Below are positions 14,773-28,347 of a stretch of DNA of 64,000 bases, piece by piece. The notes below the pieces were generated by a model. That model worked only from the letters and a program-made list of their open reading frames with translations. It did not search any database and was not told the origin of the DNA. Position 1 is the first letter of the stretch. Every line of letters begins with the position of its first letter. The stretch is from Octopus vulgaris (lineage: Eukaryota): positions 61,194,001-61,258,000 of the forward strand of contig OX597832.1 of assembly GCA_951406725.2 (NCBI GenBank), given 5' to 3'. The position numbers and the translations under genes were made by a program.

Positions 14773-15077
14773 AGTGTATGTATGTATGTGTGTATGTGAA
14801 CGCTGTTGTTGTCAGTCCTCTTTAATGCCTGTTAATGTCAGATGCAGACGAGTGGATGTGGAATATTCACGGATGTGGCGCCGTCTATAATTCGAAAGAA
14901 ATATGGGGTTCTAAGAATGAAACAAACATTTCAATTTTAGAATACTTTCGCTTCTGGTGTTGTTGTTGTTGTTATTACTGTTCATCATCTTCTAGCCATC
15001 ATCGTCATCATCACCTCTCTTCTCAGTATAACTCTCATCGTCACTGTTCTCGTTATTGTTATTATTATTATTATTAT

Positions 15078-16060
15078 AGACGTCACACAGTATACAATAT
15101 CGTGAGGATGTTGATATTGTGTCTACCGGGGGTTTGTACTCTTTGTCAAGTCACAACAAGGACCTCAGGCAGACAGTACTTTACACAATATACGTGCGGT
15201 CCCAAGTAAAGCCGACTTTTACAACACATGTATATTGTAGGGTATTTCAAGGGTTTCAGATGTTTTTTCAGATTGGGTGGTATTGAACCCAATACTCCGA
15301 TGACAATAGGGATAACCTGTATGTTTGACTCTCCTAGCTGCCACATCTTAGCGATCTCTATTCTCAGGTCTCCATATTTATCAACTTTTTCTCTTTCTTT
15401 CATGATATGTTAATCTCATGGCACTGACAGGTCGATTATTAGGTACCCTTGTTTGTCCCTCTCAAAGGTTACCATATCCTTGTCTCTCTGGAAATCAATG
15501 TCCCAGAAGGTTTTTGCCTTCCCTTTTTCGTCCATTACCTTTTTCGGTGTATATTGATACCAAGCACCCGTAACATACGGCATAGTAGCCAGTGAAGGTT
15601 TTGAGCTACCTTGCCGAGTCTACGCTTGTATTCTTTCTGCGCAAGACTTTCACAAATATTAACAATGTGAGTCACGCTTTCGACCCTCTTCCCACACATT
15701 CTGCAGAGGTCCGACGCACTCGTGTGGTATGTATTCTTTTCCACTGAGATGGTATTCAATGTCTGGTTCTGCGTTGCGATGATTCGGCTTTCAATATTCT
15801 TTTTTTAGGTCACCCTTGTTAAACCGCCTCCATAATGCTTCCCAGTCTTTTAATTTGTTGGTTTCACAAAGGAACTGACCATGTAATTCAATACGGGGTA
15901 GGGTTTCTTTTCTCTCGTTGGCTGTTCTTGATCGGAATGAATGAACACTCTCAAGTCCATTTTTGTTAACTCCTTCCTTACTAGCAGCATATTATAGCAG
16001 GTCTTATTTGTTGTTTACCAAATATTCTGCCATGTTTCTTCTTTCATTGTTGATACACTC
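15078..16060 (-). mobile_element. R4/Dong-type (restriction-like endonuclease) LINE 3' fragment, degraded
   Basis: Zinc knuckle CRMCGKRVESVTHIVNIC, then EKVDKYGDL..VIPIVIGVLGSIP; 3' end abuts (TAA)n. Confidence 0.85.
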
Positions 16061-16091
16061 CTATATGCTAATCTCTCCCTCTCTCTCTCTG

Positions 16092-16151
<60 letters not shown>

Positions 16152-16165
16152 CCCTTCTCTCTTTC

Positions 16166-16217
<52 letters not shown>

Positions 16218-16929
16218 CTATCTGATTGTCTGTCTGTCTGTTCTATTTGCTGGTAAGAGCGTCTATATGACCAAAGGAACTCCGGCCGTGACCATCTAGC
16301 CCGTTTTGCTCATGCTGCTGCTATACGTCCTCTCTCTTCCATCTCCCCCTCCTCCTCCCCTCTCCCCTTCTTCACCACCTCCTCTTATTCTTTTCCCTCA
16401 CCATTCTTCGTCCTCCTTATTCTTTCCTCCCCCTCTTCCTCTATATTCTGCTCCCTTTTCTTCCACATTCTCTACTTCCCTGCTTCCTTGTTTCTCCACC
16501 TAAGACTTTTCGTCTCCTCTTCCTCCTCCTCTTCCTCCTCCTCCTCCTAAACCACCACCACCACCACCAACACCACCTTGATATCACACTTTATAGTTTC
16601 TCTCTTCTCACAAACACTCAGGTTTACGTCTTCGTGACCTTTGTTTAACTTTTCCTGTTTCCCCACCGCTAGCAAAAATATTATAGATTCAACGAAGGCA
16701 GCCGACGGTTACAGACGTTGCTTTTCACACTTGCCCCAGCATCGCTACTATTTCTTGTCATTGCTAACTCCTACTGCACCTCTTCCTCCAACTTGTCAAC
16801 ACCGTTGTTGACAAGGCGAGGAAACTTGTCAGCCTGCCAAAGGTAAACGGCGAAGAAAGCATGCGTCTCTCACCCCGAAACACTGGAGATGTTTTTTTAA
16901 TAACCACTCTCGCACACCGAAGATGCACG

Positions 16930-17009
<80 letters not shown>

Positions 17010-17041
17010 AGTCTGTCTGTCTGTCTGTCTGTCTGTCTGTA

Positions 17042-17112
<71 letters not shown>

Positions 17113-18415
17113 TTGCTGTCAACACCCGTTAAAAGGAGGGCTGGGCATGCCGTGGTTGATGATGCGCAGACACGCGCTGAGACTGCGACATCTCTGGCTC
17201 TATGTAGACGACGGTGAACAGGTGTGGTCGCCGTTTGTGAGGCACGCTTTCCCGCAGCTCGTCTCCATGACCGAACTGCAGTCGGGGATCAAAAAGAGGC
17301 CGAGGAAGGGCGAATGGCACCGCGAGTGTCGCGTTGCTCTCAAGCAACTCTGCCGTCCTGGGTCGACCTTAAGTGACTTCAACACAACCAAAGCATTCTA
17401 TAGGGGTTTAGTGGAGGGGAGGTACGACGACGAGCTCGGGGCGAACCTGGACGTCGACGAGGAGTACCTGACCCGCCTGTTCAGGACGACTTTCGGGCCA
17501 GGGCCCATGGACAACTTCCAGAGATCCCTGGCCTGGCAGTGCTACCGAGAAGCGCTACCCGTTCGGGATAAGCTCTACAGACACGGCTCGAGAAACACGG
17601 GGCCGACCTGCCCGAGATGCGGTCAGAGCGACGAAACCGTTCTGCACGCACTAGTTCAGTGTCCAACAATTTCCGACCTGTGGGCTTATGTCGAACAACT
17701 GCTGTCACGTGTGGGACGAGTCGGTTTATCAGCTGAGTCTATCGTCAATATTGTCACGCCTCCTTCCTTCAAACGGGAAGGAAGAGCTATTTTCATCATC
17801 CTTGTGGCTATGGCGAAAGAATGTATCTGGTGGACGCGTCTGAAAGGATTGGAGACAAACACTTTCCTCTCTGGTCAATCTCTCATCAACTTCTTCAAGT
17901 ACCACTTGAAAAGGAAAGTGAGAGTAGAGAGGCAAGTTTTGTCTAGCGAATGTTTTAAAAAAAGATGGGTGAATGTAGCAAGAATGGCACGTATGAATGA
18001 CGAAGCCACCTTGAGCATAGTCCTATGAACCCAGAAATCGAAAACAGAGAGTTGCTTATTTGCAAAAAAAAAAAAAAAAAAAAAAAAAGAAATATAAAAT
18101 GTGACTTCATTGACCGAGGTTACCGTGGTCTTTTCCGTAGGCTTTTCTTTCCACGGGTAAACCTCACCTGTCCTCCCCTTTACACTTCATATTGACATTT
18201 CTGTGATAACGATCCCTATTGATCAATTTTTTTTTCCTCTCCCCCTTTTTTTAACCCCCCTTTTTTTTGTCCTCTTTCTCTCCTTTTACGATCCCTTTTG
18301 ATCGAAACCCCCCCTTCCTTTTTTTTTTTTTTTTTTTTTTAAACCTTCAAAAGAAAAGCTCTACCTTGTAATTTGTTCTATCTGTGTTCAGCCCTGTGTG
18401 GCTAATAAAGAAACA
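17113..18415 (+). mobile_element. 5'-truncated Tx1/L1-type LINE: ORF2 C-terminus (to 18028) plus 3'UTR
   Basis: Uninterrupted frame with [16 protein letters not shown] and [18 protein letters not shown] zinc knuckle; AATAAA at 18404-18409; (TATC)n on both sides. Confidence 0.92.
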
Positions 18416-18483
<68 letters not shown>

Positions 18484-19101
18484 AGTCTATCGTTAATATC
18501 GTCACGCCTCCTTCCTGGTGGACGCGCCTGAAAGGAATCGAGACAAACACTTTCCTCTCTGGTCAATCTCTCATCAACTTCTTCAAGTATCACTTGAAGA
18601 GGAAAGTGAGAGTAGAGAGGCAAGTTTTGTCTAGTGAATGTTTTAAAAAAAGATGGGTGAATGTAGCAAGGATGGCACGTATGAATGACGAAGCCACATT
18701 GACTATGATTCTATGAACCATAAAAATTAATACAGAGAGTTGCTTATTTGCAAAAAAAAGAAAAAAGAAATATAACATGTGACTTCATTGACCGAGGTTA
18801 CCGTGGTCTTTTCCGTAGGCTTTTCTTTCCACGGGTAAACCTCACCTGTCCTCCCCTTTACACTTCATATTGACATTTCTGTGATTACGATCCCTATTGA
18901 TCAACTTTTTTTTCCTCTCCCCTTTTCTTTTTTTCCCCTCCCCTCTATTTTTTAAAAATCCTCCCCTTTTTTGTCCTCTTTCTTTCCTTTTACGATCCCT
19001 TTTGATCGAAAACCAACCCCCTTTTTTTACCCCCAAAAGAAAAGCTCTACCTTGTAATTTGTTCTGTTTGTGTGCAGCCCTATGTGGCTAATAAAAATAC
19101 A
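18484..19101 (+). mobile_element. Second, shorter copy of the same Tx1-type LINE with a 60-nt in-frame deletion
   Basis: TPPS joined directly to WWTRL ([20 protein letters not shown] missing); same 3'UTR; (TATC)n on both sides. Confidence 0.92.
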
Positions 19102-19173
<72 letters not shown>

Positions 19174-19245
19174 AATCAGTCTGTCTGTCTGTCTGTCTGT
19201 CTGTCTGTATATCTAGCTATCTAGCTATCAGTCTGTCTGTCTGTC

Positions 19246-19316
<71 letters not shown>

Positions 19317-19396
19317 GTCTGCCTGCCTGTCTGTCTGTCTGTCTGTCTCTCTGTCTCTCTCTCTCTCTCTATCTATCAGTCTACTTGTCTGCCTGC

Positions 19397-19474
<78 letters not shown>

Positions 19475-19495
19475 CTCAGTCTGTCTGTCTGTCTT
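19102..19495. repeat. (TATC)n/(TGTC)n compound microsatellite
   Basis: Direct reading. Confidence 0.95.
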
Positions 19496-19918
19496 CATAT
19501 GCATATTATTTTATACGTTATGTTTTGTATGTTATTTTGAAATAAGTTTAAGAATAACAACGGCGCTTCATTATGGCTGCTGGCTTACGGCTGAAACCAT
19601 TAAAGGAATTCTAAAGAATAATAATAGTCATTGACAAGTAGTGTCAGTTATTGAGAGTATAGTCACATTTATAAAATTCTTGCAGATCGGGACTTCAAGA
19701 TTTGCTTCACGACTTATGCATCCATTGGTTGAATAAACTGCCGGACGAAAATTAATGCCCCAATTACAATGAATTTTTTTTTTTTTTTATACGCAAGCGT
19801 CAATTATTCATTATTTTTATTATATATGTACGTACCTTTGTGCAAGGTGTTAGTGAATACACAGTTAGCCTCACGCTTACCTCTTCATACACACAAACAC
19901 TCACTTTATTTCTTTTTC

Positions 19919-19964
<46 letters not shown>

Positions 19965-20179
19965 CTCCCCCCACTCTCTCTCTCTCACACATACATACAC
20001 ACACTCGTATAACCGTTACCGATTTAAAGGGGCTTTTTGTCTTGAATTCATTGAAGATTCATGTTTCGGATACAAAGCCCCTATCAAATCAGTAACTTAA
20101 GCCGAATCCTCGGAACCCATACTAATAGCAAACAAAGCAATACTATTTATTACTGTTTGTTTCTTTTTTACATTTATAG

Positions 20180-20235
<56 letters not shown>

Positions 20236-20790
20236 GAGTGGCTGTGTGGTGAGAAAATCGCTACCTAACCACATGGTTCCGGGTTCAGTCCCACTGCGTG
20301 GCACCTTGGGCATGTCTTCTACTATAGCCTTGGGTTGATCAAAGCCTTGTGAGTGGATTTGGTTAGACGGAAATTGAAAGTTGTGAGTGCAATCGTATTG
20401 AATACTTTCATAGACACAGAGAGAGGAGAGGTCCTTTTACTGTAGATATTAAATAATTATAAAGGCATATATTATACACCTTGGTTTGAGGTCCGCTAAA
20501 TTTTAAACCCCTAGTCTTCAGCCAATCGAACCTGTATGTATATCCACTATTGTATATAAAAACGCACACATACACACACACACACACATATATATATATT
20601 AGATAAAATGAATAGAAATGGCTTTTCTCACAATTTTTTGGTCGTGTGGTAAGAAGCTTGCTTCCCAGCAACATGGTTCCGGGTTCAGTTCTACTGTGTG
20701 GCACATTGGGTAAGTGTCTCCTACTATTGCCTCCGGACGGCCAAAACCTTGTGAGTGGATTTGATAGACGAAAACTGAAAGAAGCCCGTC

Positions 20791-20792
<2 letters not shown>
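20236..20792 (+). mobile_element. Two SINE B 5' halves (about 20236-20380 and 20645-20792)
   Basis: Match to the SINE B head and CORE-like segment. Confidence 0.85.
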
Positions 20793-20832
<40 letters not shown>

Positions 20833-20994
20833 CTATATATACACTCACACACACACACACCCGCACGCACACACACACACACATATATATTGATAAAAAA
20901 GGTAAGATAACAAAAGAAAGAAAGTGACCTCAATATTATGTAAATAGAGGAATTTATCTGTAAATATAATATGTGACAATTATTCAGTAGCCAA

Positions 20995-21055
20995 GATAAA
21001 ACTCTGAGTTTCGGATGCCGAGGTGGAAATCCACACCACCCTCTCTTCAGTTATC
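20995..21055 (-). ncRNA. Type I hammerhead ribozyme, left arm of a fold-back
   Basis: gataa-CTGAAGA-ga-gggtg..catcc-GAAAC-TCAGA-GTT-ttatc; stems I, II and III all pair. Confidence 0.75.
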
Positions 21056-21100
21056 CGGCCATCGGAAAAAAGCTATAAAAAAGATAGCGTTTTTCCGATG

Positions 21101-21161
21101 GATAACTGAAGAGATGGTGGTGTGGATTTCCACTTCGGCACCCGAAACACAGAGTTTTATC
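21101..21161 (+). ncRNA. Type I hammerhead ribozyme, right arm of a fold-back
   Basis: gataa-CTGAAGA-gat-ggtg..cacc-c-GAAAC-ACAGA-GTT-ttatc; one stem III mismatch. Confidence 0.65.
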
Positions 21162-21191
21162 TTAGCTACCGAATAATTTCTCCATTTTCTG

Positions 21192-21255
<64 letters not shown>

Positions 21256-21257
<2 letters not shown>

Positions 21258-21471
21258 AGGATATGCTAAAAAGTCCTTGGCCTTGGGTAAAAAAAATACA
21301 GGAGGCTTAGTTAATTATGATTTCATTCAACGTATTTCCCGCTCAGATTCACACACTTATTGCAAGGGCCCTTCAGTTTTTCTAAGCCCTTTAAAAGAAC
21401 GCAAAAGGTCGCTCCTTCAACCAGCTCTTTCGCGACACCCTTAAAGCCAGGAACTTTTCAGCACCCCTTCG
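21256..21471 (-). mobile_element. Mariner-derived MITE
   Basis: Degenerate ~29-bp TIRs, TA on both sides; minus strand encodes KGLEKLKGPCNKCVNLSGKYVE*, a mariner C-terminus. Confidence 0.8.
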
Positions 21472-21856
21472 TATATATGAGTGTATTTGTGTATACGAAT
21501 GTTTGATGGTGTAATAAATAAGTATACTGTTCATAAAAGCGACGGAAGCGGAAGTAGATCTGACAGTCTTTACTCGTTTCATTTGTTTAACAATAACCTT
21601 GGAGCTAACTTCAAGAACGTTTTGTTTTTTGCTTTTTTTTTCATGTATTTTTTTCTTCCTTTTTTTGAACGAAAGCTAAAATTATCAAACTTTTCTGCTT
21701 AAAATGTTTGCAATTTCTGTTCAAGTCATCCTATAAGATTTTTATTTATTTCTTTATTTTATTTTTTGCGTGGCAGATACTATGCCAAATTTGTGGAATT
21801 TTAATGCATTTGTCTATTCACATCAACAGTATTCTTTAAACACTGCAAAGCAAGCA

Positions 21857-21921
<65 letters not shown>

Positions 21922-22237
21922 AAAAGAAGCAGCGAAGTATTAAGAAAAAAAAGAAGAGAGAAAAATATGGCGAAACCAATGAGGATTATGTTTACAACGA
22001 ATAAATATGCATAGAACTTTGGTTGCATCATTTACAGACGCAGCTAGAAAGCACTGGGTGGTTGGATTTGCGGCTGGTTTTTCAGTGAGCCAGAACAACA
22101 TCCCAGTTTCGATACTCAGTAACCTTTGTGTCATCGTTTCTCTTCAGTGATTAATGTTTACATCTTAAAAACAGTTAGATATCAGTTTCTGCGTCTTGCT
22201 CTTGAAAGGCAGTGAATTGACAGAATTGTTACATCGA

Positions 22238-22455
22238 GGGCGGCGAGCTGGCAGACGCGTTAGCACGCCGGGGGAAATGCTTAGCAGTATTTCGTCTGCC
22301 GCTACGTTCTGACTTCAAATTCCGCCGAGGCCGACTTTTCCTTTCATCCTTTCTGGGTCGATAAATTAAGTACCAGTTGCGTACTTGGGTCGATCTAATC
22401 GACTGGCTCCCTCTCCCCACAAATTTCAGGCCTTGTGCTTAGAGTAGAAAAGAAA
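22238..22455 (+). mobile_element. SINE A
   Basis: Full-length match to other A copies; further fragments to about 22752. Confidence 0.88.
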
Positions 22456-23394
22456 TGGTTCATCGTCGGTATTTATTTCGATTATCTGCTCTCTGAGTTC
22501 AAATTCCACGGAAATCAACTTTACTTTTGTTTCATTCTTTTTTTTTCAAACCCTTTCAAAATCGATAAAAAATGAACCAATGAAAGGCGGTGGATTGTAA
22601 GTATTTGATGCCTTGTGTTTGTTCACGATCTTTGCGTTCTGAGTTCAAATTCAACCATGGCCTACATGGGCGAAATACTCATCCCATAGCTTGGGGCTCG
22701 ATTAAATAAGTACCAGTTACGCACTGGAGTCGATATAATCGATTTAATCCCTTTTTTTGTACTACATTACAGTTTAGGTACTTTTACCAGAGTTTACTCT
22801 ATTGTAAGCATTCGGGCCAGATTTCTAGTTTCCAAAATCTTACAGTAATAGGGAGCTTTTCAATCGTGCTGACATCTACGAATTATTCCTACCTTGAGGC
22901 ACCTGTCCAAAATAAGGTAAACTGTATGAATTGAGAGGTAAATACCGTGATCATCAATAGCAAATGTAGTTTGAAATTGCTGACCATTTGGTTGAATGTT
23001 AAATGCCTTATCGTCTTGCCTATCTTGCCCATTCTGTAGCACTTAAATGTATATAGGGAGAGCGAGGGGAGGTGATAAGGCAATACTGTTGACCCCAGTC
23101 CTTTTCTTATACTTTATTTTTTGGACCTTCGTTTCATATAGTTTAATATATTTTTATAAATATGTACATATATGGATGTCGTGAAATCCAACCGGTTTTC
23201 GCTATTTAAATTAGTTTTTCAAGGGACATTGTACAGTAATCGATTCTCGTGACAGAGGGGTCTCGTCATTTTGGATGTTTGAAAAATAAGAATGAGCCTA
23301 GAGAGTGAACCATGGGATGTAACAGGTGGCAGGGGGGACAACTGACTCCCCAGTATAATTTTTTAAATGGGCAAATTTGCATTTTGGGGTGTGG

Positions 23395-24778
23395 TCTGTA
23401 CTTTTGTATGAACAGGTTTTCCTTGATTAGGCGTTCTTGTTCTGAGATTGAATTTTTGCATTGGTATAATGTGAAGATATGAAAATTCGGCGTTATATTA
23501 CTTGCGCATCTGTCGATGTATCCGCTCAGTGTTATCTGCCTGTATTGAGGGAAACGAATCTGTTCTTTATGTAGCGTGACTCTGCGTCTCAAAGTAAGGC
23601 TCGTTTGGCCCATATAATTGTGACCACAACCTGAGCAGGTTACGACATAGATAAGGCTCTCGGAAGCACATGTGAAGTTGGTCTTGAGAATTTTTGCCCT
23701 TGCTGGAATGTGATTTCCGAGCCTTCAGTTAGGTATGGGCATGTACCACAATTAGGTCGTCTGCATTTTTTAACTACTGGTATCGTTTGTATTGAGTATC
23801 GTTTTGCATTTGTTAGGAGTCACTTGAGTGATTTGTCTTGTCTTTTGCATTTTATTAGTTTGTGTGTATTTAGGATGCTGTTCATTTTTGGGTCTTGAGT
23901 GAGTAGAGGGAGATTTTTTATAATTGTGTTGTATGCTTCATTGTTTCTGGGGTTGTGGGTTGATATGTATGGGAGTGATTGAAGGTGAGGTGTGGTGTTT
24001 TGTTGCCTTAGTGTGTTTATGTGCAATTTCTTGGCACGTTTAATTCCATATTCTATAAGTGTAGGTGGGTATTGACGTTCAATGAGTGTTATTTTGAGTT
24101 CTTGTAGGCGAAGTTCCCGAGTGGTTGTGTCTGATAGAATTGTACAGATCCTTTTTGCTAGATTGAATAGAGTATTTATTTTGGTGCGTTTAAGATGGCT
24201 TGAACTGAAAAGGAGATACTGTTTTGAGTCAGTTGGTTTGTAGTGAATGTAGGTTGAAATTTGGTTGTTGGAAATGGGAGCTGTTCCTTGCTATATTCCA
24301 TTGTAAATTGGATGATGGGATTTATATTGTTCAGTGTGGATTTGAAATACAGGAGTTTATCATAGGTTTCATTCCAGATGATAAAACAATCGTCTAGAAG
24401 CCCATTATTAGGTTCCCGAGGACAGGTGCTGCTTTTCTTCCAGTCGCAATACCACATTTTTGGCAGTAATATGTTGTATCGAATAGGAAGTAATTGTTTT
24501 GTAGGATGAACTTCAGGGATTCAATGACAAAAGTCTGGTTTATGCGGTCCGGGAGAAATTCGGGGTATTTTTCTAACTGAAATTTTTTATTGCCGCTATT
24601 CCGTAGTCATGTAGAGGTTGATGACATCGAAGGAGACTAATAGCGCTTCTTCGTCGGTGGTTTTTGGTAGATGCTCTAGCATGTCCAGATCGTCTCTAAT
24701 GAAACATTTAATGTATTTGAAGAAAGGTTTCAATAGCATGTCCAGAAAGTTGCTTAGGCGGTGTGCGCCTAAGCAACT
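23395..24778 (-). mobile_element. Penelope-like retroelement (RT + GIY-YIG), frameshifted, probably Neptune-type
   Basis: LVSFDVINLY, LDDCFIIW, IQFTMEYSKEQLPF, Cys linker CRRPNCGTCPY, YVVTCSGCGHNYMGQT..LRRRVTLHK. Confidence 0.9.
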
Positions 24779-24834
24779 CATAGACGTTGCAAAGAACGCA
24801 TTTTGCCAAATTTGCACATACGACAGCAACGATA

Positions 24835-24895
<61 letters not shown>

Positions 24896-24898
<3 letters not shown>

Positions 24899-25061
24899 CG
24901 CAAGAGTGGCTGTGTGGTAAGTAGCTTACTTACTAACCACATGGTTCCAGGTTCAGTCCCACTGCGTGGCACCTTGAGCAAGAGTCTTTTTCTAGAGTCT
25001 CTGGCTGACAAAAGCCTTGTGAGTGGATTTGGTAGACGAAAATTGAAAGAAACCTGTCGAA

Positions 25062-25128
<67 letters not shown>

Positions 25129-25340
25129 ATGTGTGTATGTGCGTCTGTGTTTGTCTCCCCTCAACATTGCTTGACAACCGATGCTGGTGTATTTACGTCC
25201 CTGTAACTTAGTGAAACCGATAGAATAAGTACTAGGCTTACAAAGAATAAGTTCTGGGGTCGATTTCCGCGATTAAAGGCGGTGCTCCAGCATGGCCGCA
25301 GTCCAATGACTGAAACAAGTAAAAGAGAGAGTAAGAAGAG
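24896..25340 (+). mobile_element. SINE B, near full length
   Basis: Both halves with internal (TA)n(TG)n. Confidence 0.9.
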
Positions 25341-25347
25341 TATATAT

Positions 25348-25393
<46 letters not shown>

Positions 25394-26150
25394 TGCACAG
25401 CGGGATTGAACCTGTAACCACATAGGTGCGGAGCGATCAGAACCACACAACCAGGGTTGCGTTTAAAAAAGAAAGGCATAGCATTTTCTATGGAAAAAAA
25501 AAAATTCTTCACGTTCTTCTTTTTTTAATGAAATAAAAAAAAAAGAAAAGAAAATCGATGCAAACATTCGTTGAAGACCTCTTCGTCAACATACAAGTGC
25601 ACCATTGTATAATTTGAACACTAATGAATGGTAAACAGAGACTTGTTTTGCTACTTAACTCTGAAAGTAAAGTGGGTTGTTAAAAAATAAATTGAGGAAA
25701 ATATCTTAAGAATTTACACTAAAGTGGTTTAACCCTGGGTGTGGTTCATTATTGAAAATATAAAGAACTGCTATCATATATATATATATATACATGCATA
25801 CACACACAATATATACATATATGGCATTCGACACCGTTATCTATATATATCATTTAATAGGGTTATTGTCCCTTAGTGTGTGTGGGTGTGTTTGTAAGAG
25901 CTTGGATATCTTCTGTGCTAATCAGATTAAGAGTTTTTAAACGGTGTTGTTTATACTCTTACTTGCCATGTTAGTGGAACACGGATCAGTTTAGGTCAAT
26001 TCATAGCGTGTTATATGCGCATGTGTAGTGCGTGAGGGATGTAACGCATACGTACGTCTTACATATATGTGTGTGTGTGTGTGTGTGTGTGGTGATGTTT
26101 AGAACATAAGAATCTTTACACCAATGTGTAGGCACATACGCCTCTATGTG

Positions 26151-26181
<31 letters not shown>

Positions 26182-26186
26182 ATGTA

Positions 26187-26240
<54 letters not shown>

Positions 26241-26419
26241 CACACGCACGCACTTACCCTCCACACACATACACTTACACACGCATACATACACATACAC
26301 GGAAACCCCATTTCATACCATTCTTAAACACAAACATCCCGTCACACTGCACACGAATACTCACTGATAAGCAGACTACAGCAACAGTAAAAAAATATAT
26401 GGGTAAGACAGATGGGAAG

Positions 26420-26487
<68 letters not shown>

Positions 26488-26571
26488 ACACACACACACG
26501 TAACAAGGCTCGGTCAAAGCACGAGGTCACATTATTAGGGAGACGAGCAAAATCACACACGCACACATGTA

Positions 26572-26610
<39 letters not shown>

Positions 26611-26744
26611 CGTGTGTGTATGTGTGTATGCATTTATGTATGTGTGTGTGCTTGTATGTATCTATATAAATGTGTGTATGTATGTATGTATGTATGTATC
26701 TATGTATGTGTGTATGTATTTAGTCTCTTCTATTATCTAATTAT

Positions 26745-27170
26745 TATAAATCTTCCACCGAGGAGTGAGTCGGTTTCCAACAAAGATACAAGGCTCCATC
26801 TTTGGGATGTTGTTAACACAGACAAATTTACATTCGGAACTTGAGAAAAGTCTTGCCTATTTTCATTGTTCCACTCACAGATTGCACTTGTATGTACGAA
26901 TCAGCCGGTCGATTTCTCTTTCTGGAAATCCCAGTTTACCCAGATACTCCTTTAAGCATTTACTAACAAAACCTTGCGCTCCAATTATTATTGGTAGGAT
27001 TATGAATTCATAGTCTGGATATAAAAGCTGGAGGTTGCGAAGCAGTTGTCCATAGATATCTCCTTTTTCTTTAATTTTCAAAGAGATATTTATATATGTA
27101 GGGCAGCTGACCTCTATGATGGTACATACCTTTGCCCCTCTGTCCCAAACAACAAAATATTCCACCAGTA
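26745..27170 (-). mobile_element. RLE-type LINE 3' fragment (second family)
   Basis: VVWDRGAKVCTIIEVSCP..EKGDIYGQL..ILPIIIGAQG endonuclease pattern. Confidence 0.8.
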
Positions 27171-27323
27171 TTCAATGAGTTAGTGCTTATGAATGTATTC
27201 CATAGTTGAGATTTTCTGAGTTTATTTCAGGACAGCCTCTATGTATGTATGTACGTACGTATGTATGTATGTATGTATGTATGTATGTATGTATGTATGT
27301 ATGTATGTATGTATGTATGTATG

Positions 27324-27354
<31 letters not shown>

Positions 27355-27546
27355 GTATGTATGTATGTATGTTTGTGTGTATGTATGTATGTATGTATGT
27401 ATGTATGTATGTATGTATGTATGTATGTATGTGTATGTATGTATGTATGTATGTATGTACGTGAAGGCGTACATACATGTGTATGGAGGAATGAAGCCTG
27501 TGTATGGAGGAATGAAGTGGAGGAATGAAGCCTTCATTCCTCCACT

Positions 27547-27598
<52 letters not shown>

Positions 27599-28151
27599 GA
27601 TGCCTGCTGCAAACAAATTATTTAATTAATTAAGTAACTAAATAACCCAATAATCCATTATAAAACAGCCATATCGTTGCCTGGATTAGAGATGAATTGG
27701 ATCGGCGTCTATCGACTTCAGTTACATTTCCAACTGGAAGTGACGGGTTTTAAAATAGAAATTCGGGATCAGAAACGGAGGAAGGAAATCTTATGTTACT
27801 TCATACAAGCACAACGACACTACATCTGTTATTTCGGGTATCACCATCGCTAATACACCATCGCTAATATGTTGCTGGAATTGGCACGCTTATACATGCC
27901 TGTATGTATGTATGTATGTTATGTGTGTTATGTGTGTTATGTGTCTATGTATATATTTATGGCGTTCGTGGATTATTTCCTGATTGCAATTAGGAAATAC
28001 TCACATCTGTAATATATATAATATCGTTCTATAATCACTGTACATCGTTTCGAGGGGGCGCTCTCACACTTATCAGGATTCAGGTTTCGTTAATGTGTGT
28101 TGTCTCCTTTGGCGTATTCGGATGAGCACGCGAGCAATTACAAACATAAAC

Positions 28152-28185
<34 letters not shown>

Positions 28186-28347
28186 CCGTGTGTGTGTGTG
28201 TGCGTGTTTATATATATAATGTAATTATGGTTATTAAAAGTATTTATATGCTATTAAACGCTTTCACTCATTCTCTCCTAATCTTTCTCACTTCTTTCAT
28301 TAAGCAAACGCACGCGCACACACACAAACATGTATATATATATATCA

